Shown: in pieces, positions 16,659-25,578 of the stretch
Position numbering within the stretch: position 1 is the stretch's first letter
Layout of the letters: the number at the start of each line of letters is the position of its first letter
From: a virus
Taxonomy: Duplodnaviria > Caudoviricetes
DNA length: 59,966 bases
Direction: 5' to 3' (one strand)
Virus record (IMG/VR): IMGVR_UViG_3300031451_000149
Coordinates: 1 to 59,966 of that record
Position numbers and translations under genes: made by a program
Notes under the pieces: model-generated
Seen by the model: only the letters and a program-made list of their open reading frames with translations
The model's database searches: none
What the model was told of the DNA's origin: nothing

Positions 16659-17539
16659 GCCGTCACCCGCACCACGCCCATCGGCGCCGCCTCAAACGTC
16701 GTCTGCCACAGCCCGCCGGGCGTCTCACTTTCGAGGTCGTGGTTCAGGAGCTTGATGACCCACTGACCATTGGCAGGCTTGATGACGCTCTGCACCTTGA
16801 CCTCCGTGCCGAACGCCAGCTGGCCGTTGAAGCGCGTGAGGCAGCGCACGTTGTTCTGCCCGCCCAGGCTCGGATAGCCGATCATGCCGGTCTCGGGCGC
16901 GATCAGCGGCACCAGCCCGCGGCGGCGACCGCTCCTGGGCCAGATGGCCAGGGTGCCCAGGTCCACCGTCCACTCAAAGCCGCCGGCCTCCGCACAAGCC
17001 AGCATTTGTTCCCGCAGCGTGCCGTGGAAGTACATCGGCGGCAGTTGCACCTGCACGCCGCTGTTCTCGAAGTTGAGGCCAGCCTTGCCGGCTAGATCCT
17101 GCATGACCGTCGCGGCGTCGCTGGGCTTGGCGTAAGAAGTCGGTGCCACCGGCTTGAGCGCCTGCTGCAACTCGGCGAACGCGGTGATGGTAAGCGCCGT
17201 ATCCGGGCTGCCCTGGAAGTCGTGCCAGGCTTCCAGAATCATGCCGTCGAACACGGTTACCATGCCGCCCAGGTCATCGCCCGCCGACAGGCTCACCTTG
17301 TTCAGGCGCGTGCGGACCGGGGAAAGGCCCAAGCTGCTTACCTTGTTCATCAGGTCCAGCGACAGGCCGAACACCGATAGCTGCATGTGCCCCTGGGTCA
17401 GGCCGCCGGACTTGGTGATGTTGGCGCGGATACGAAGGTAGGAGGGGAGCGCGTAGGTGTCGAAGCCGCCCTCGCCGTTCTTGCCCTGGCCGATTTGGAT
17501 GGTGACGTTCAAGCGGCGGCGCGCGTAGGGTGCGCTCAT
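16655..17539 (-). CDS. Baseplate hub protein
   Basis: Start re-assigned to MSAPYARR (AGGAG RBS); FENSGV...TGMIGYP...WVIKLLNHDLES. Confidence 0.85.
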   Translation of the reverse strand: MSAPYARRRLNVTIQIGQGKNGEGGFDTYALPSYLRIRANITKSGGLTQGHMQLSVFGLSLDLMNKVSSLGLSPVRTRLNKVSLSAGDDLGGMVTVFDGMILEAWHDFQGSPDTALTITAFAELQQALKPVAPTSYAKPSDAATVMQDLAGKAGLNFENSGVQVQLPPMYFHGTLREQMLACAEAGGFEWTVDLGTLAIWPRSGRRRGLVPLIAPETGMIGYPSLGGQNNVRCLTRFNGQLAFGTEVKVQSVIKPANGQWVIKLLNHDLESETPGGLWQTTFEAAPMGVVRVTA

Positions 17540-17560
17540 TGCAACTCCTGGAGAGAACCG

Positions 17561-17959
17561 ATGCGTTGCGCCGCAGTGATGCTGACGCTGACCCTTACCG
17601 CCCCTGCCGCCGCACAGGTGGCCTTCACCCCAGCGGAAGGCGCTGCGCTGTGGCAGGCCCGCTCCGCGCCGATCATGGAGGCCGTGACGCTGCTGGAGAC
17701 CGGCCGCGCCTGCAAGCTCGTGGATGACGGCACCGCCGACCAAGCCATCCGCGTGCTGGGCGAGGCGGCCTTCAATCTCTATTCCCGCGGCCTGCAAGCT
17801 CCCGTGCCGCAAGCGAAGTGGCTTGGCGACTTCCACGCGGCCGAGGCGCGCGGGCGGGCAGATGCAACGCCGCGTGATTGCTTGGCCTACCGCACCAACG
17901 CGACCGCTTCCGCCACCATGAAAGACTGGGCGCGGCGCATCGCGTTTGGCAGTCCCTAG
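17561..17959 (+). CDS. Secreted protein (antisense moron inside baseplate module)
   Basis: GGAG RBS; signal peptide MRCAAVMLTLTLTAPAAA-Q; helical mature part with two Cys. Confidence 0.7.
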   Translation: MRCAAVMLTLTLTAPAAAQVAFTPAEGAALWQARSAPIMEAVTLLETGRACKLVDDGTADQAIRVLGEAAFNLYSRGLQAPVPQAKWLGDFHAAEARGRADATPRDCLAYRTNATASATMKDWARRIAFGSP

Positions 17960-18417
17960 CCGGTCCATCCCAGCACCCAGCGCGTGCCCAGCCCGTCATA
18001 GTAGGGGTCGGCGTCACCTTGCGTGTCCAGGAACACAAGCTCTCCCTGAAACCCGAGGTAGGCATCCCGCACGATGCCGACGCCCGTCAGGCACGGCGCC
18101 CCGTCCAGCATCGGCACGTCGCCTACGGCCAAGTCCATGAACATCTGCGGCGTGACAACATGGGCCACGACCGCCACCAAGGACGATGCGACTACAGCAC
18201 TGCCGTCAAGCGTCAGCAGGGCGCCGCTGTCCAAGATGAGCGCGGCGCCGCTGTCCAGCACCAGCACCGCGCCATCGTCTGCTGGCTGCGCGAGCATGGG
18301 ATAGGTCGTCGTCACGTCGTATGTGCTGCGCTGATAGACCGTGATGCCTACCCGTTGCGCGCCCAGCGCCACCGTCAGCACCTGCGACGGCACCGGCTGA
18401 AGGGGGATGATGACCAT
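17956..18417 (-). CDS. Baseplate plug-like protein with internal insertion
   Basis: IPLQPVPSQVLTVALG...YLGFQGELVFLDTQGDADPYYDGLGTRW; internal LxLDSG repeats. Confidence 0.8.
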   Translation of the reverse strand: MVIIPLQPVPSQVLTVALGAQRVGITVYQRSTYDVTTTYPMLAQPADDGAVLVLDSGAALILDSGALLTLDGSAVVASSLVAVVAHVVTPQMFMDLAVGDVPMLDGAPCLTGVGIVRDAYLGFQGELVFLDTQGDADPYYDGLGTRWVLGWTG

Positions 18418-18419
18418 AG

Positions 18420-19118
18420 CTAGAAGCCGCCCGGCGCTTCGTTGGCGCGGGGGTTGAAGCTGGCGGCAGCCGCCCGTGCCTTGGTCGCCGCCCGCACTTG
18501 GCCGGCATCGGCCGCCGTCGCCGACACCGTGCCGCCGTTGGCAGGGCTAACCGCCGCCGGGTCCTTGGCGCCAGACGTGTCGGACCCCTCCCCCTTGGTG
18601 AACTGCGTCGGGTTGGCGATGCGGACTTCCTCCACGCCGACTTCCACCTGCAGCAGCTTGACGCCGCGGTCAGCGCTGCGGCGCAGGCGGTAGGACACGA
18701 GGTTGGCCGATGGGTAGAAGAACTCCGGCGTGATGACAGTGAACTGCGCCAGCGAGGCGCACGCCGCGTCCACCTGCGCAAGCAAGGACGCGCGGCGGGC
18801 GTCGCTGCCCGATACCGTCAAGATCACCCGCACGTCGAACGGCGTTGCGACCTTGTTGTAGGAGGCGAACCCCCCGGCCTCCACTGGATGCGACGCAATG
18901 CGCCAGTCGCGGGCGATGTCCACGCCCACCACGCTGTCAGCCGTGATGGCCAAGCTGCCGTCGTCACGGAAGATGCCCCAGGACGGCGCCCCGAACGCGC
19001 CCAGGATGCCCAGCGCATCGGCCAGCAGCAGCACAGGAGCCGGCAGGAACGAACCGGCCAAGCGCAGCACGGCGGGAATGCCCGGCAGGATCGGCACGTC
19101 GGGGTAGAGGGCCGACAT
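18420..19118 (-). CDS. Distal tail/tube initiator (Dit-like) baseplate protein
   Basis: WGIF...HPVEAGGFASYNKVATPF...VITPE...EEVR. Confidence 0.82.
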   Translation of the reverse strand: MSALYPDVPILPGIPAVLRLAGSFLPAPVLLLADALGILGAFGAPSWGIFRDDGSLAITADSVVGVDIARDWRIASHPVEAGGFASYNKVATPFDVRVILTVSGSDARRASLLAQVDAACASLAQFTVITPEFFYPSANLVSYRLRRSADRGVKLLQVEVGVEEVRIANPTQFTKGEGSDTSGAKDPAAVSPANGGTVSATAADAGQVRAATKARAAAASFNPRANEAPGGF

Positions 19119-19121
19119 GGC

Positions 19122-21230
19122 CTAGGAAAGCCCCGTATTCGCCTGGGCGGCTAGTCCCATGCCGGTCATGGCCTCTTTGAAGCTGCCGGCGATACCGCGA
19201 GCGTCGGTTGCTGCGGTCTGGATGGTGACGCTGCCGACGTGGGTTGAGCTGCTGTTGTCGTTGCTTGTGCTGCTTGCGCTGCTGTTGCCGTAGCGTAGTT
19301 GCGAGACTTGCTGCGGTGTCGGCACGGGCGGGATGCTGCCAGGGGGCAGACTGCGTGAGCCGCCACGAGGATTGTCGCTAGGACTGCCGCTTGGCAGACC
19401 AAGGCGGCGTGTTGCGGCAACCACGTTGGCCACATAGTTCGGGTCCTCGGCATATCCCCCTCGCTTCAAGCCACGGGCGAATGCTGCTGTGTCATCGCCG
19501 GTGTTCAACGCCTCGGGATATCGGCGGCGCAATAACGCCGCGTAGTCGTCCCCGGCATGGTTCAAATCGGTGTAGGCGCGGAAACGGGTTTGGTAGGGAG
19601 TTCCGTCCGCGCGCGTGTCGCCGCGCGTAATCGTCTGCCCTGTGTAGCCCTGTCCGGCTTGGATGTTGAAGGGATTATTGCCGCGGTCTCCGCGACCGCC
19701 CGTTTCTTGCATGATCTGCCCAAGGATGGATCGTGCGGATATGCCAGTTTGCTCAGCCGCGCGCTGGGCCATTGGACCATATCGCTCAATGAAAGCTTGA
19801 GTGTTGCCGGCCCCTGATGGAAGCGCGCGGCTACCAGGAGTGATTTGCGTGGCGGGGCTGCTCTGCGGCTTGCCAGCTCGGATGGCTTCGGAAGGCGTCA
19901 TGCCTTCGGGGCCGCTGCCAGTGTCCAAGTGCGCCGCAGGGTGCTGCATGAACTGAACTAGGGTCTTGGCAAGCCGGTCAATGAAGGAGTCTTGTTCCCG
20001 CCTGGACCCGCCGGCCTCAATCATGGCGAGCTGCCCCGCGCGCATTTTGCTATCGTAAGCGGCCGGGTTCTTGGCTCGCTCGTCACGTTCCTTCTTTAGG
20101 CGTTCATCCTCGCCTGCGTTAGCGGACGATGGGGCCATGACCGCCGCAGCTATCCCTACCGGACCCGCCACGCGGGCCAGGGCGGACACACCGCTGGCTG
20201 CGGCGCCCGCGCCCCCGGCGAACACGCCGCCCACCGTTGCCACGGCCTTGATGAGACCGGCGACCTTGCTAACGGCCCACAGCGCGAACAGGGCCTCTGA
20301 GATGTGGACCCAGCCTCCTACCGCAGCGGCGGCTTCGTTGGCCGACGTGATGAAGCTGCGAACCTCGGAGACGATCCAGGTGATGCGGTCGGCGATCTCG
20401 GTTTTCAGGCGCGGGCCGTTGACCGTGATCCACACCGTGAACTCGGCCAACGCCTGATTGATGCTCGGTCCGAACTGGTTGAGGATCACCCGCACCGTGT
20501 CCTCCACGGCTTGGCGGACCTTCATGATGTTAGCTAGCAAGTCCTGCGCGTTCTTGGCGTCCTTGTCGCTGGGCACGCCCAGCTTCTTGGCCTCCTCCAG
20601 GGCGGCGCGGACCTTGGCCGTACCCTCCAGCAGCAGGTTCTGCGTGCCTTGGTCAATGCCGGCGCCGCTCATCAGGGCCGTGGCCTGCTGCCGGTTCATG
20701 CCGGAGACGACGCCGCTGATCTTCAGCAGGTCGTCCGACGTGCCGGTGAGCTGCACGCCCAGCGCCCGGAAGTAGTTCAGCATTCCGCCGGACTGCCCGG
20801 TCAACTGATAGTTCTGCACCTCGCGCGACAGGCTGGAGATGGTGGCGTCGAACCCGGCCGCAGAGCCGCCCGCCCGCTCGACCGCGCGCTCCCACGCCGC
20901 CAGGTCGCCGGTCGCCATGCCCAGGTTCTTGGCCAGGCGGCCGGTTGCGGCGTCGCCGGTGGTGATTTCGGCGATGAACTGGCTCAGGCCCTTGCCGGCC
21001 GTGAACACCGCGAACAGCGACGCCGCCTCGGCCGCCACGCGCCGGATTTCCCCGCGGAGCGTCGTGTAGGCTTCCGTGCGCCGTTTGGCGAAGGTCTCCG
21101 CGTCCTTGGCGGCGGCGGCCTCCTCAACGGACAGCTTCTTGCGTTCCGTGCGGGCCGCGGCGGCGCCTGCCAAGTAGCCCTTGGCGTCAAGGCCGAGCGT
21201 CACCAGGAGGGAGTCTATCACCGTCGCCAT
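19122..21230 (-). CDS. Tape measure protein with C-terminal FlgJ/GH73 peptidoglycan hydrolase
   Basis: MATVIDSLLVTLGLD start; helical body; QIMQETG...NNPFNIQA...FRAY...GGYAEDPNY GH73 motifs. Confidence 0.9.
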   Translation of the reverse strand: MATVIDSLLVTLGLDAKGYLAGAAAARTERKKLSVEEAAAAKDAETFAKRRTEAYTTLRGEIRRVAAEAASLFAVFTAGKGLSQFIAEITTGDAATGRLAKNLGMATGDLAAWERAVERAGGSAAGFDATISSLSREVQNYQLTGQSGGMLNYFRALGVQLTGTSDDLLKISGVVSGMNRQQATALMSGAGIDQGTQNLLLEGTAKVRAALEEAKKLGVPSDKDAKNAQDLLANIMKVRQAVEDTVRVILNQFGPSINQALAEFTVWITVNGPRLKTEIADRITWIVSEVRSFITSANEAAAAVGGWVHISEALFALWAVSKVAGLIKAVATVGGVFAGGAGAAASGVSALARVAGPVGIAAAVMAPSSANAGEDERLKKERDERAKNPAAYDSKMRAGQLAMIEAGGSRREQDSFIDRLAKTLVQFMQHPAAHLDTGSGPEGMTPSEAIRAGKPQSSPATQITPGSRALPSGAGNTQAFIERYGPMAQRAAEQTGISARSILGQIMQETGGRGDRGNNPFNIQAGQGYTGQTITRGDTRADGTPYQTRFRAYTDLNHAGDDYAALLRRRYPEALNTGDDTAAFARGLKRGGYAEDPNYVANVVAATRRLGLPSGSPSDNPRGGSRSLPPGSIPPVPTPQQVSQLRYGNSSASSTSNDNSSSTHVGSVTIQTAATDARGIAGSFKEAMTGMGLAAQANTGLS

Positions 21231-21233
21231 GCG

Positions 21234-21841
21234 CTACCCTCCCGGCCGGTTGGCCACCGCAGCGTTGTGCGCGTCCACCGCCACGATCTCCAAAAGGTCG
21301 TAGAGGTCGCGCGCCCCATAGACGGTGCCCAACTCGTGCAGCGTGGCTAGGCGGGCGCTGACAACGGTGCCGACGGTGCCGGAGACGTTTGCGTATCGGG
21401 CGAAGCGCCGCCCATCAGCCGCGACGCCCTCAATTTCAAGAGGGCGTCGGCCAGCGAAAAACCCAGGTGCAGGCTTATCACCTCACCCCGCAGCATGAGG
21501 CGCGTGGCCACCTCCTCAATGTCGCTCTCCCACAAGGGCCGCACCGCGTCTGGGCTGCTGGGCGTGGGCACCGCCTGCACGCAGGACATCATGGTGTCCA
21601 GCAGCGGCTTCACGGTGTACCAGTCCAGCCCCTTGAGCGCGTCCATTCCCATGGAGGCGACGCCGGCCAAGCCCGCAGATGCCACCTCGTCGGGGATTTG
21701 CGCGCCGCTCCGCATCAAGCCCAGGAACACCTGATCGGCCCATTCCTCGGCTTGGCTTGCGGGCAGTTCCGTGAGCAGAAAAACCCGGCCTTGGTCCCTG
21801 CCCTCGGCCGATACCGTGATCCGAACAGTCCGCCGGGCCAT
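21234..21841 (-). CDS. Frameshift-extended tail assembly chaperone (gpGT-like)
   Basis: -1 frame open from slippery site to TAG at 21236-21234: GFFAGRRP...YANVSGTVGTVVSARLATLHELGTVYGARDLYDLLEIVAVDAHN. Confidence 0.85.
21347..21841 (-). CDS. Tail assembly chaperone (gpG-like)
   Basis: GRDQGRVFLLTELPASQAEEWA...DIEEVATRLMLR; lies between tube and tape measure. Confidence 0.85.
   Translation of the reverse strand: MARRTVRITVSAEGRDQGRVFLLTELPASQAEEWADQVFLGLMRSGAQIPDEVASAGLAGVASMGMDALKGLDWYTVKPLLDTMMSCVQAVPTPSSPDAVRPLWESDIEEVATRLMLRGEVISLHLGFSLADALLKLRASRLMGGASPDTQTSPAPSAPLSAPA
21422..21464 (-). promoter_or_regulatory. Programmed -1 ribosomal frameshift signal
   Basis: G GGT TTT heptamer (21464-21458), 8-nt spacer, perfect 10-bp stem CGACGCCCTC/GAGGGCGTCG with 8-nt loop. 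Confidence 0.88.
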
Positions 21842-21842
21842 C

Positions 21843-22274
21843 TTACACGTTGACCGGCTGAATATGTTGCCATTCCACGGTGTACTTGCGCGGCTGGATC
21901 AGCTTCTTCACGGCGGGGATCGGCATGTAGCTGGTCAGGAACCCGCGGGCCATGATGAACCGTCGCCCGATGGCCTTCAGCGTCGTTTCACCGAACAGGG
22001 TCAGCGCCTCTTGGTTGGCCTCCTGGTACTGCCAGATCAGGTCGAACAACGCGTTGCTCGGGCTGTCCGATTGCAGGGTGAAGGTCTGCTTCTTACTGGT
22101 CGCCACCCAGCCAGCAGACAGGATGTTGTCCACGCCCATCAGGGTTTCCACCGTGGTGACGGCCTCGGTGTCGAATACGTCGTCCACCGCGAAGCCCTGC
22201 AACTGCTGGGCGACGGGGAACAGGATGGTGCAACCGAGCGTGATGACGCTGTTCGCGCCGGTGAGAGATGCCAT
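21843..22274 (-). CDS. Tail tube protein
   Basis: LQGFAVDD...ETLMGVD...LQSDSPS; directly after sheath. Confidence 0.85.
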   Translation of the reverse strand: MASLTGANSVITLGCTILFPVAQQLQGFAVDDVFDTEAVTTVETLMGVDNILSAGWVATSKKQTFTLQSDSPSNALFDLIWQYQEANQEALTLFGETTLKAIGRRFIMARGFLTSYMPIPAVKKLIQPRKYTVEWQHIQPVNV

Positions 22275-22283
22275 GGTGCGCCT

Positions 22284-23759
22284 CTACAGCAACGAAACTG
22301 TTGCGATGTTCAAACGTTGCACTGATTGGCCGTCCGTAAACCAAAGCGTGCATTGCGGCGTGCCGCGCGCTTGGCGCACCTCGGGGGCAGGGTCCAGCAC
22401 CTGGTAGTACCAGCCGACCGAGGTCAGCGTGTTGGCGATGTCCACGCCTGCGGCGGCGTTCACTTCGGCAGCCTGGGCTTGGGACAGGGTGACGCCGGCC
22501 CGGATGGCGCCGAAGTTGATCGCCTGGTCAATCACGTCGCGCGACGCCGCGCGGATCAAGCTGTAGCCGAACTCGTCGTAGGGGATGACGCCCTGATTGG
22601 TCAGCAGCACCATGTTTGCCACTTGGATGGCGTTGCTCATCCAGATGCCGTTCACGTAGCTGTCCAGCCAGAGGAACGGCCCGCTGACCTGTCCGGGGCT
22701 GAGGAAGGTGAAGGCGTCGTTGGCCGTGTTGAAGGTGCCGACGAAGTTGTAGCCGTTGGCGACGAGTGCCGCATCGGACGTGGCGTCGATCACGCTGGGC
22801 AGCAGGCCGGGCTGGCTGCGGAAGGCCGCAGTGTTACGCCCGTTGTGCTGGCCGAAGTCGAGCGAGGCCGCCCAGCCCAGGACGAACACCGCATGGGCCA
22901 GCGCCTGGTAGATGGGCGCCACGCCGTTGTAGTTCGCACCTCGCCTGCCGGCCAGCACGCCGAAGCAGGCGGCGGCACCGATTTGCGCTGCGCTCCGGTC
23001 GGTGTCCCATGGCACGTAGCCGTAGTTGCCGTTCTGGCTGTTGGTCCAGGCGGCGAAAGCAAGCTTGTCGGCTAGGTTCGGTTCGAACAGCGTGGTGAAC
23101 AGCGCCCAGTTGAGCGTGGTGGCGGCAATCGCCGTCATGGCGGCAACGGGTGTCGCACTGTCGGCACCTTGCGACAGCGTGCCGCCGCCGACTTGAGTGA
23201 GGCCCAGCAGGTCGGCCATGACGCCTGTGGGGAAGGCGATGGTGGACGCAACGCCCGCCGTGCCGGACCTGATCGTGAACGCGCCCTGCTGCGCGTCCCA
23301 GGTGCAGGCGAGGCCGAGCGCCGCGCCGATCACCAAGGCTGCGGCGCTGAACGAGGTGGCACCAGACAGGTTCACCGCGCCGGTCGCCACCGTGCCGTCC
23401 GCTAGGACCGACAGCGTGCCCGATAGGGTCCGCAGGTCGGTCAGCGTATAGCCCAGCGGCGAGGAGCGCACGAAGGCGCTGAGCGGCGCGATGTTGTATT
23501 GCGAGAACAAGAGCGCGCCAGGACGCTTGTGGGCACTCTTGAAGCCGCTGAAATAGATCGCCGCCGCGCCCGCCTCGGGAGACAGCGCACCGAAGAAACC
23601 GGCGACGGCGGGCAGGGTCGGGAACGAAAGCACGTTGCCCACGGGCACGCGGCTGTCAGAGGTGAGCAGCAGGCCGTTCAGGTCCAGCGCGTTGCCGCCG
23701 GCCGCCAGGACGGACGGAACGACGCTGACGATAAGGCTCGCAGGTATGCCGAGGGCCAT
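22284..23759 (-). CDS. Tail sheath protein (DUF3383 family)
   Basis: IPASLIVSVVPSVLAAGG...GRNTAAFRSQPGL...WLDSYVNGIW...WFTDGQSVQ. Confidence 0.92.
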   Translation of the reverse strand: MALGIPASLIVSVVPSVLAAGGNALDLNGLLLTSDSRVPVGNVLSFPTLPAVAGFFGALSPEAGAAAIYFSGFKSAHKRPGALLFSQYNIAPLSAFVRSSPLGYTLTDLRTLSGTLSVLADGTVATGAVNLSGATSFSAAALVIGAALGLACTWDAQQGAFTIRSGTAGVASTIAFPTGVMADLLGLTQVGGGTLSQGADSATPVAAMTAIAATTLNWALFTTLFEPNLADKLAFAAWTNSQNGNYGYVPWDTDRSAAQIGAAACFGVLAGRRGANYNGVAPIYQALAHAVFVLGWAASLDFGQHNGRNTAAFRSQPGLLPSVIDATSDAALVANGYNFVGTFNTANDAFTFLSPGQVSGPFLWLDSYVNGIWMSNAIQVANMVLLTNQGVIPYDEFGYSLIRAASRDVIDQAINFGAIRAGVTLSQAQAAEVNAAAGVDIANTLTSVGWYYQVLDPAPEVRQARGTPQCTLWFTDGQSVQRLNIATVSLL

Positions 23760-23833
23760 TGTTTTGAAACTCCTGCCGGGACACGGCGATAGGTCGGCGG
23801 ATCAGCTAGAACGAATAGAGCTGTGTTGCATCC

Positions 23834-24640
23834 TTACACGCCCATCATGGCCGTCGCGGCGCTGTTTGTGCTGTCCGCGCCGACCCGGCGCCGCTGCGGA
23901 ATGGGGCACAGCATGTCATAGGGCGCGTCGGTGAACAGGTTCACGTCGTCTTGCGTCAGGGTGCGCGCATAGAAGGCGGCAAACTCAGTTTCACCGTTAC
24001 GCGGTCCGGTATTAAGGGAGGATGTGGCTGTAGTGAGTGGGGCGCCAGTCTGGACGCTGACGTTAAAAGCGATGCTCTTACCAATCCACCCTTTTATGAT
24101 GCCGGCTACGCTGTCACTTGAAAGAACGAGCGTTGTCATAACGTTTGGCATAGGCGCATTCCAGTTAATGTATAACCCTGCTGAGTTTCCGTTGTTGTAG
24201 TTTGTATAAAGATTTCCCGTGGTCGCGTCCTGATAGACGCTCAGCACGTTGTATGGGGCAAGATTTGGGTTGGAGTAAGCTATGCCCGCGCAACCTGTGC
24301 CGCTGCCCGTAACTGGCACTCTTGCGCGTCCACGCCAGACAATGCTTAGGGAGCGAGAGGATAGGAGGCTAGGCGTCACGATAGACGTGGCCAGCCCGCC
24401 ATCCGCAGTCTCGTAGAACGCCGGGCCTCCCGCACCCTGCACGATGTTGCCGGTTGCAGTTATGGCAACGTTCTGCTGCATCCCGGTCAAGTCGGCGAGC
24501 CGGGACGCACCGCCAGGCAGGTAGTAAGCCATTAGGTTCTGCGCGAGCCGGTGACTCCGGTCAATTGTGACCGGACCGATGGGTACTTGGAGCGGGTTCC
24601 AGTGGCCGGGGTGGCGCGGCCTGCGGATAAAGGATGGCAT
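23834..24640 (-). CDS. LamG/concanavalin-A-like structural protein
   Basis: IDRSHRLAQNLMAYY...AAFYARTLTQDDV...PYDML LamG-type termini; lower-GC central part. Confidence 0.7.
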   Translation of the reverse strand: MPSFIRRPRHPGHWNPLQVPIGPVTIDRSHRLAQNLMAYYLPGGASRLADLTGMQQNVAITATGNIVQGAGGPAFYETADGGLATSIVTPSLLSSRSLSIVWRGRARVPVTGSGTGCAGIAYSNPNLAPYNVLSVYQDATTGNLYTNYNNGNSAGLYINWNAPMPNVMTTLVLSSDSVAGIIKGWIGKSIAFNVSVQTGAPLTTATSSLNTGPRNGETEFAAFYARTLTQDDVNLFTDAPYDMLCPIPQRRRVGADSTNSAATAMMGV

Positions 24641-24643
24641 GGC

Positions 24644-25078
24644 CTAGAACGACTGCTCGCCGTAGCGGTAGAGGCTGCAAACGCTCGTTGTGGTCGCCGG
24701 CAGCGCCACGCCGAGCGCGTTCAGCAGCACGATCTTGAACTTATTGGGCGGCAGGATGATGCCGCGCACCTGCATGAACTGGACGGAGCCGCCCGCGCCC
24801 GAATAGGTGCCTGCGCTGTAGCTGCTACCTGGGTTGCCGGCTGCCGTGGTGTAGTTGCCATCAATGTTGGGCAGCACGAACACGGTCAGCGAAGCCGGGG
24901 CAACCGAGACGACGGCGGCGGACAGCGCCACGGTCAGGTCGGCCAGCGTGTAGAGCAGCACGCTGTTGTCGATTTCTGCGCCATAGGCATAACCGGCGGT
25001 GGCGAGGGCGTTTAGGGTTGCCCCGGCCACGGCCACGTCGGGAGCGTTGTAGGGGAGCCATCGGAAGGTCGTTGCCAT
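24644..25078 (-). CDS. Putative virion decoration protein (beta-sandwich)
   Basis: Start re-assigned to MATTFRW; LNALAT...IDNS...LYTLADL...LPPNKFKIVLLN. Confidence 0.7.
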   Translation of the reverse strand: MATTFRWLPYNAPDVAVAGATLNALATAGYAYGAEIDNSVLLYTLADLTVALSAAVVSVAPASLTVFVLPNIDGNYTTAAGNPGSSYSAGTYSGAGGSVQFMQVRGIILPPNKFKIVLLNALGVALPATTTSVCSLYRYGEQSF

Positions 25079-25560
25079 TACGGCTGCCCTCTCGCTGTCT
25101 GGATATCCCCTGCGGTCACGGCCGGGGACCATGCAGCGACTGATGGCGTGCGGAGAGCCACGATGGCGTTGACCGATGCCTGACTGATCGCGCCGACCGC
25201 CGCAGGCGTCAGTTGGTTTGCGGCGGCAGTCAGCTTGGTCCAGACCGCCGCGGTGGCCGCGGCGCAGGTCCCGCCCCAGAGGCAGCAATCCCGCAGCGCC
25301 ACTGCGGCGGCCTGAATCGCGGCGGTCTGCGTCCCACCGCCGGGCAAGGTGCCGGGTGGCGCATTGCAGGCTTGGACCAGCGATCCCCAATCAAAATTGT
25401 TCATCAGCACATCCCGCAGAGCGGCCCATGCAAGATCGGCCGGCTGGCTTGCCGCTGATTGGGCATTCAGGGCCGATGCCGCCGCGGGGAGCGCCAAGGG
25501 GGCGCCAGTCAGGGCGGCGTCGGCTGCTTTGAGCGTTGCGAACGTCCAAGGACTCGCCAT
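25078..25560 (-). CDS. Hypothetical helical protein in neck cluster
   Basis: 160-aa ORF, stop/start coupled to next gene. Confidence 0.7.
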   Translation of the reverse strand: MASPWTFATLKAADAALTGAPLALPAAASALNAQSAASQPADLAWAALRDVLMNNFDWGSLVQACNAPPGTLPGGGTQTAAIQAAAVALRDCCLWGGTCAAATAAVWTKLTAAANQLTPAAVGAISQASVNAIVALRTPSVAAWSPAVTAGDIQTARGQP

Positions 25561-25578
25561 GAAGGGTGCGCCGATCCG

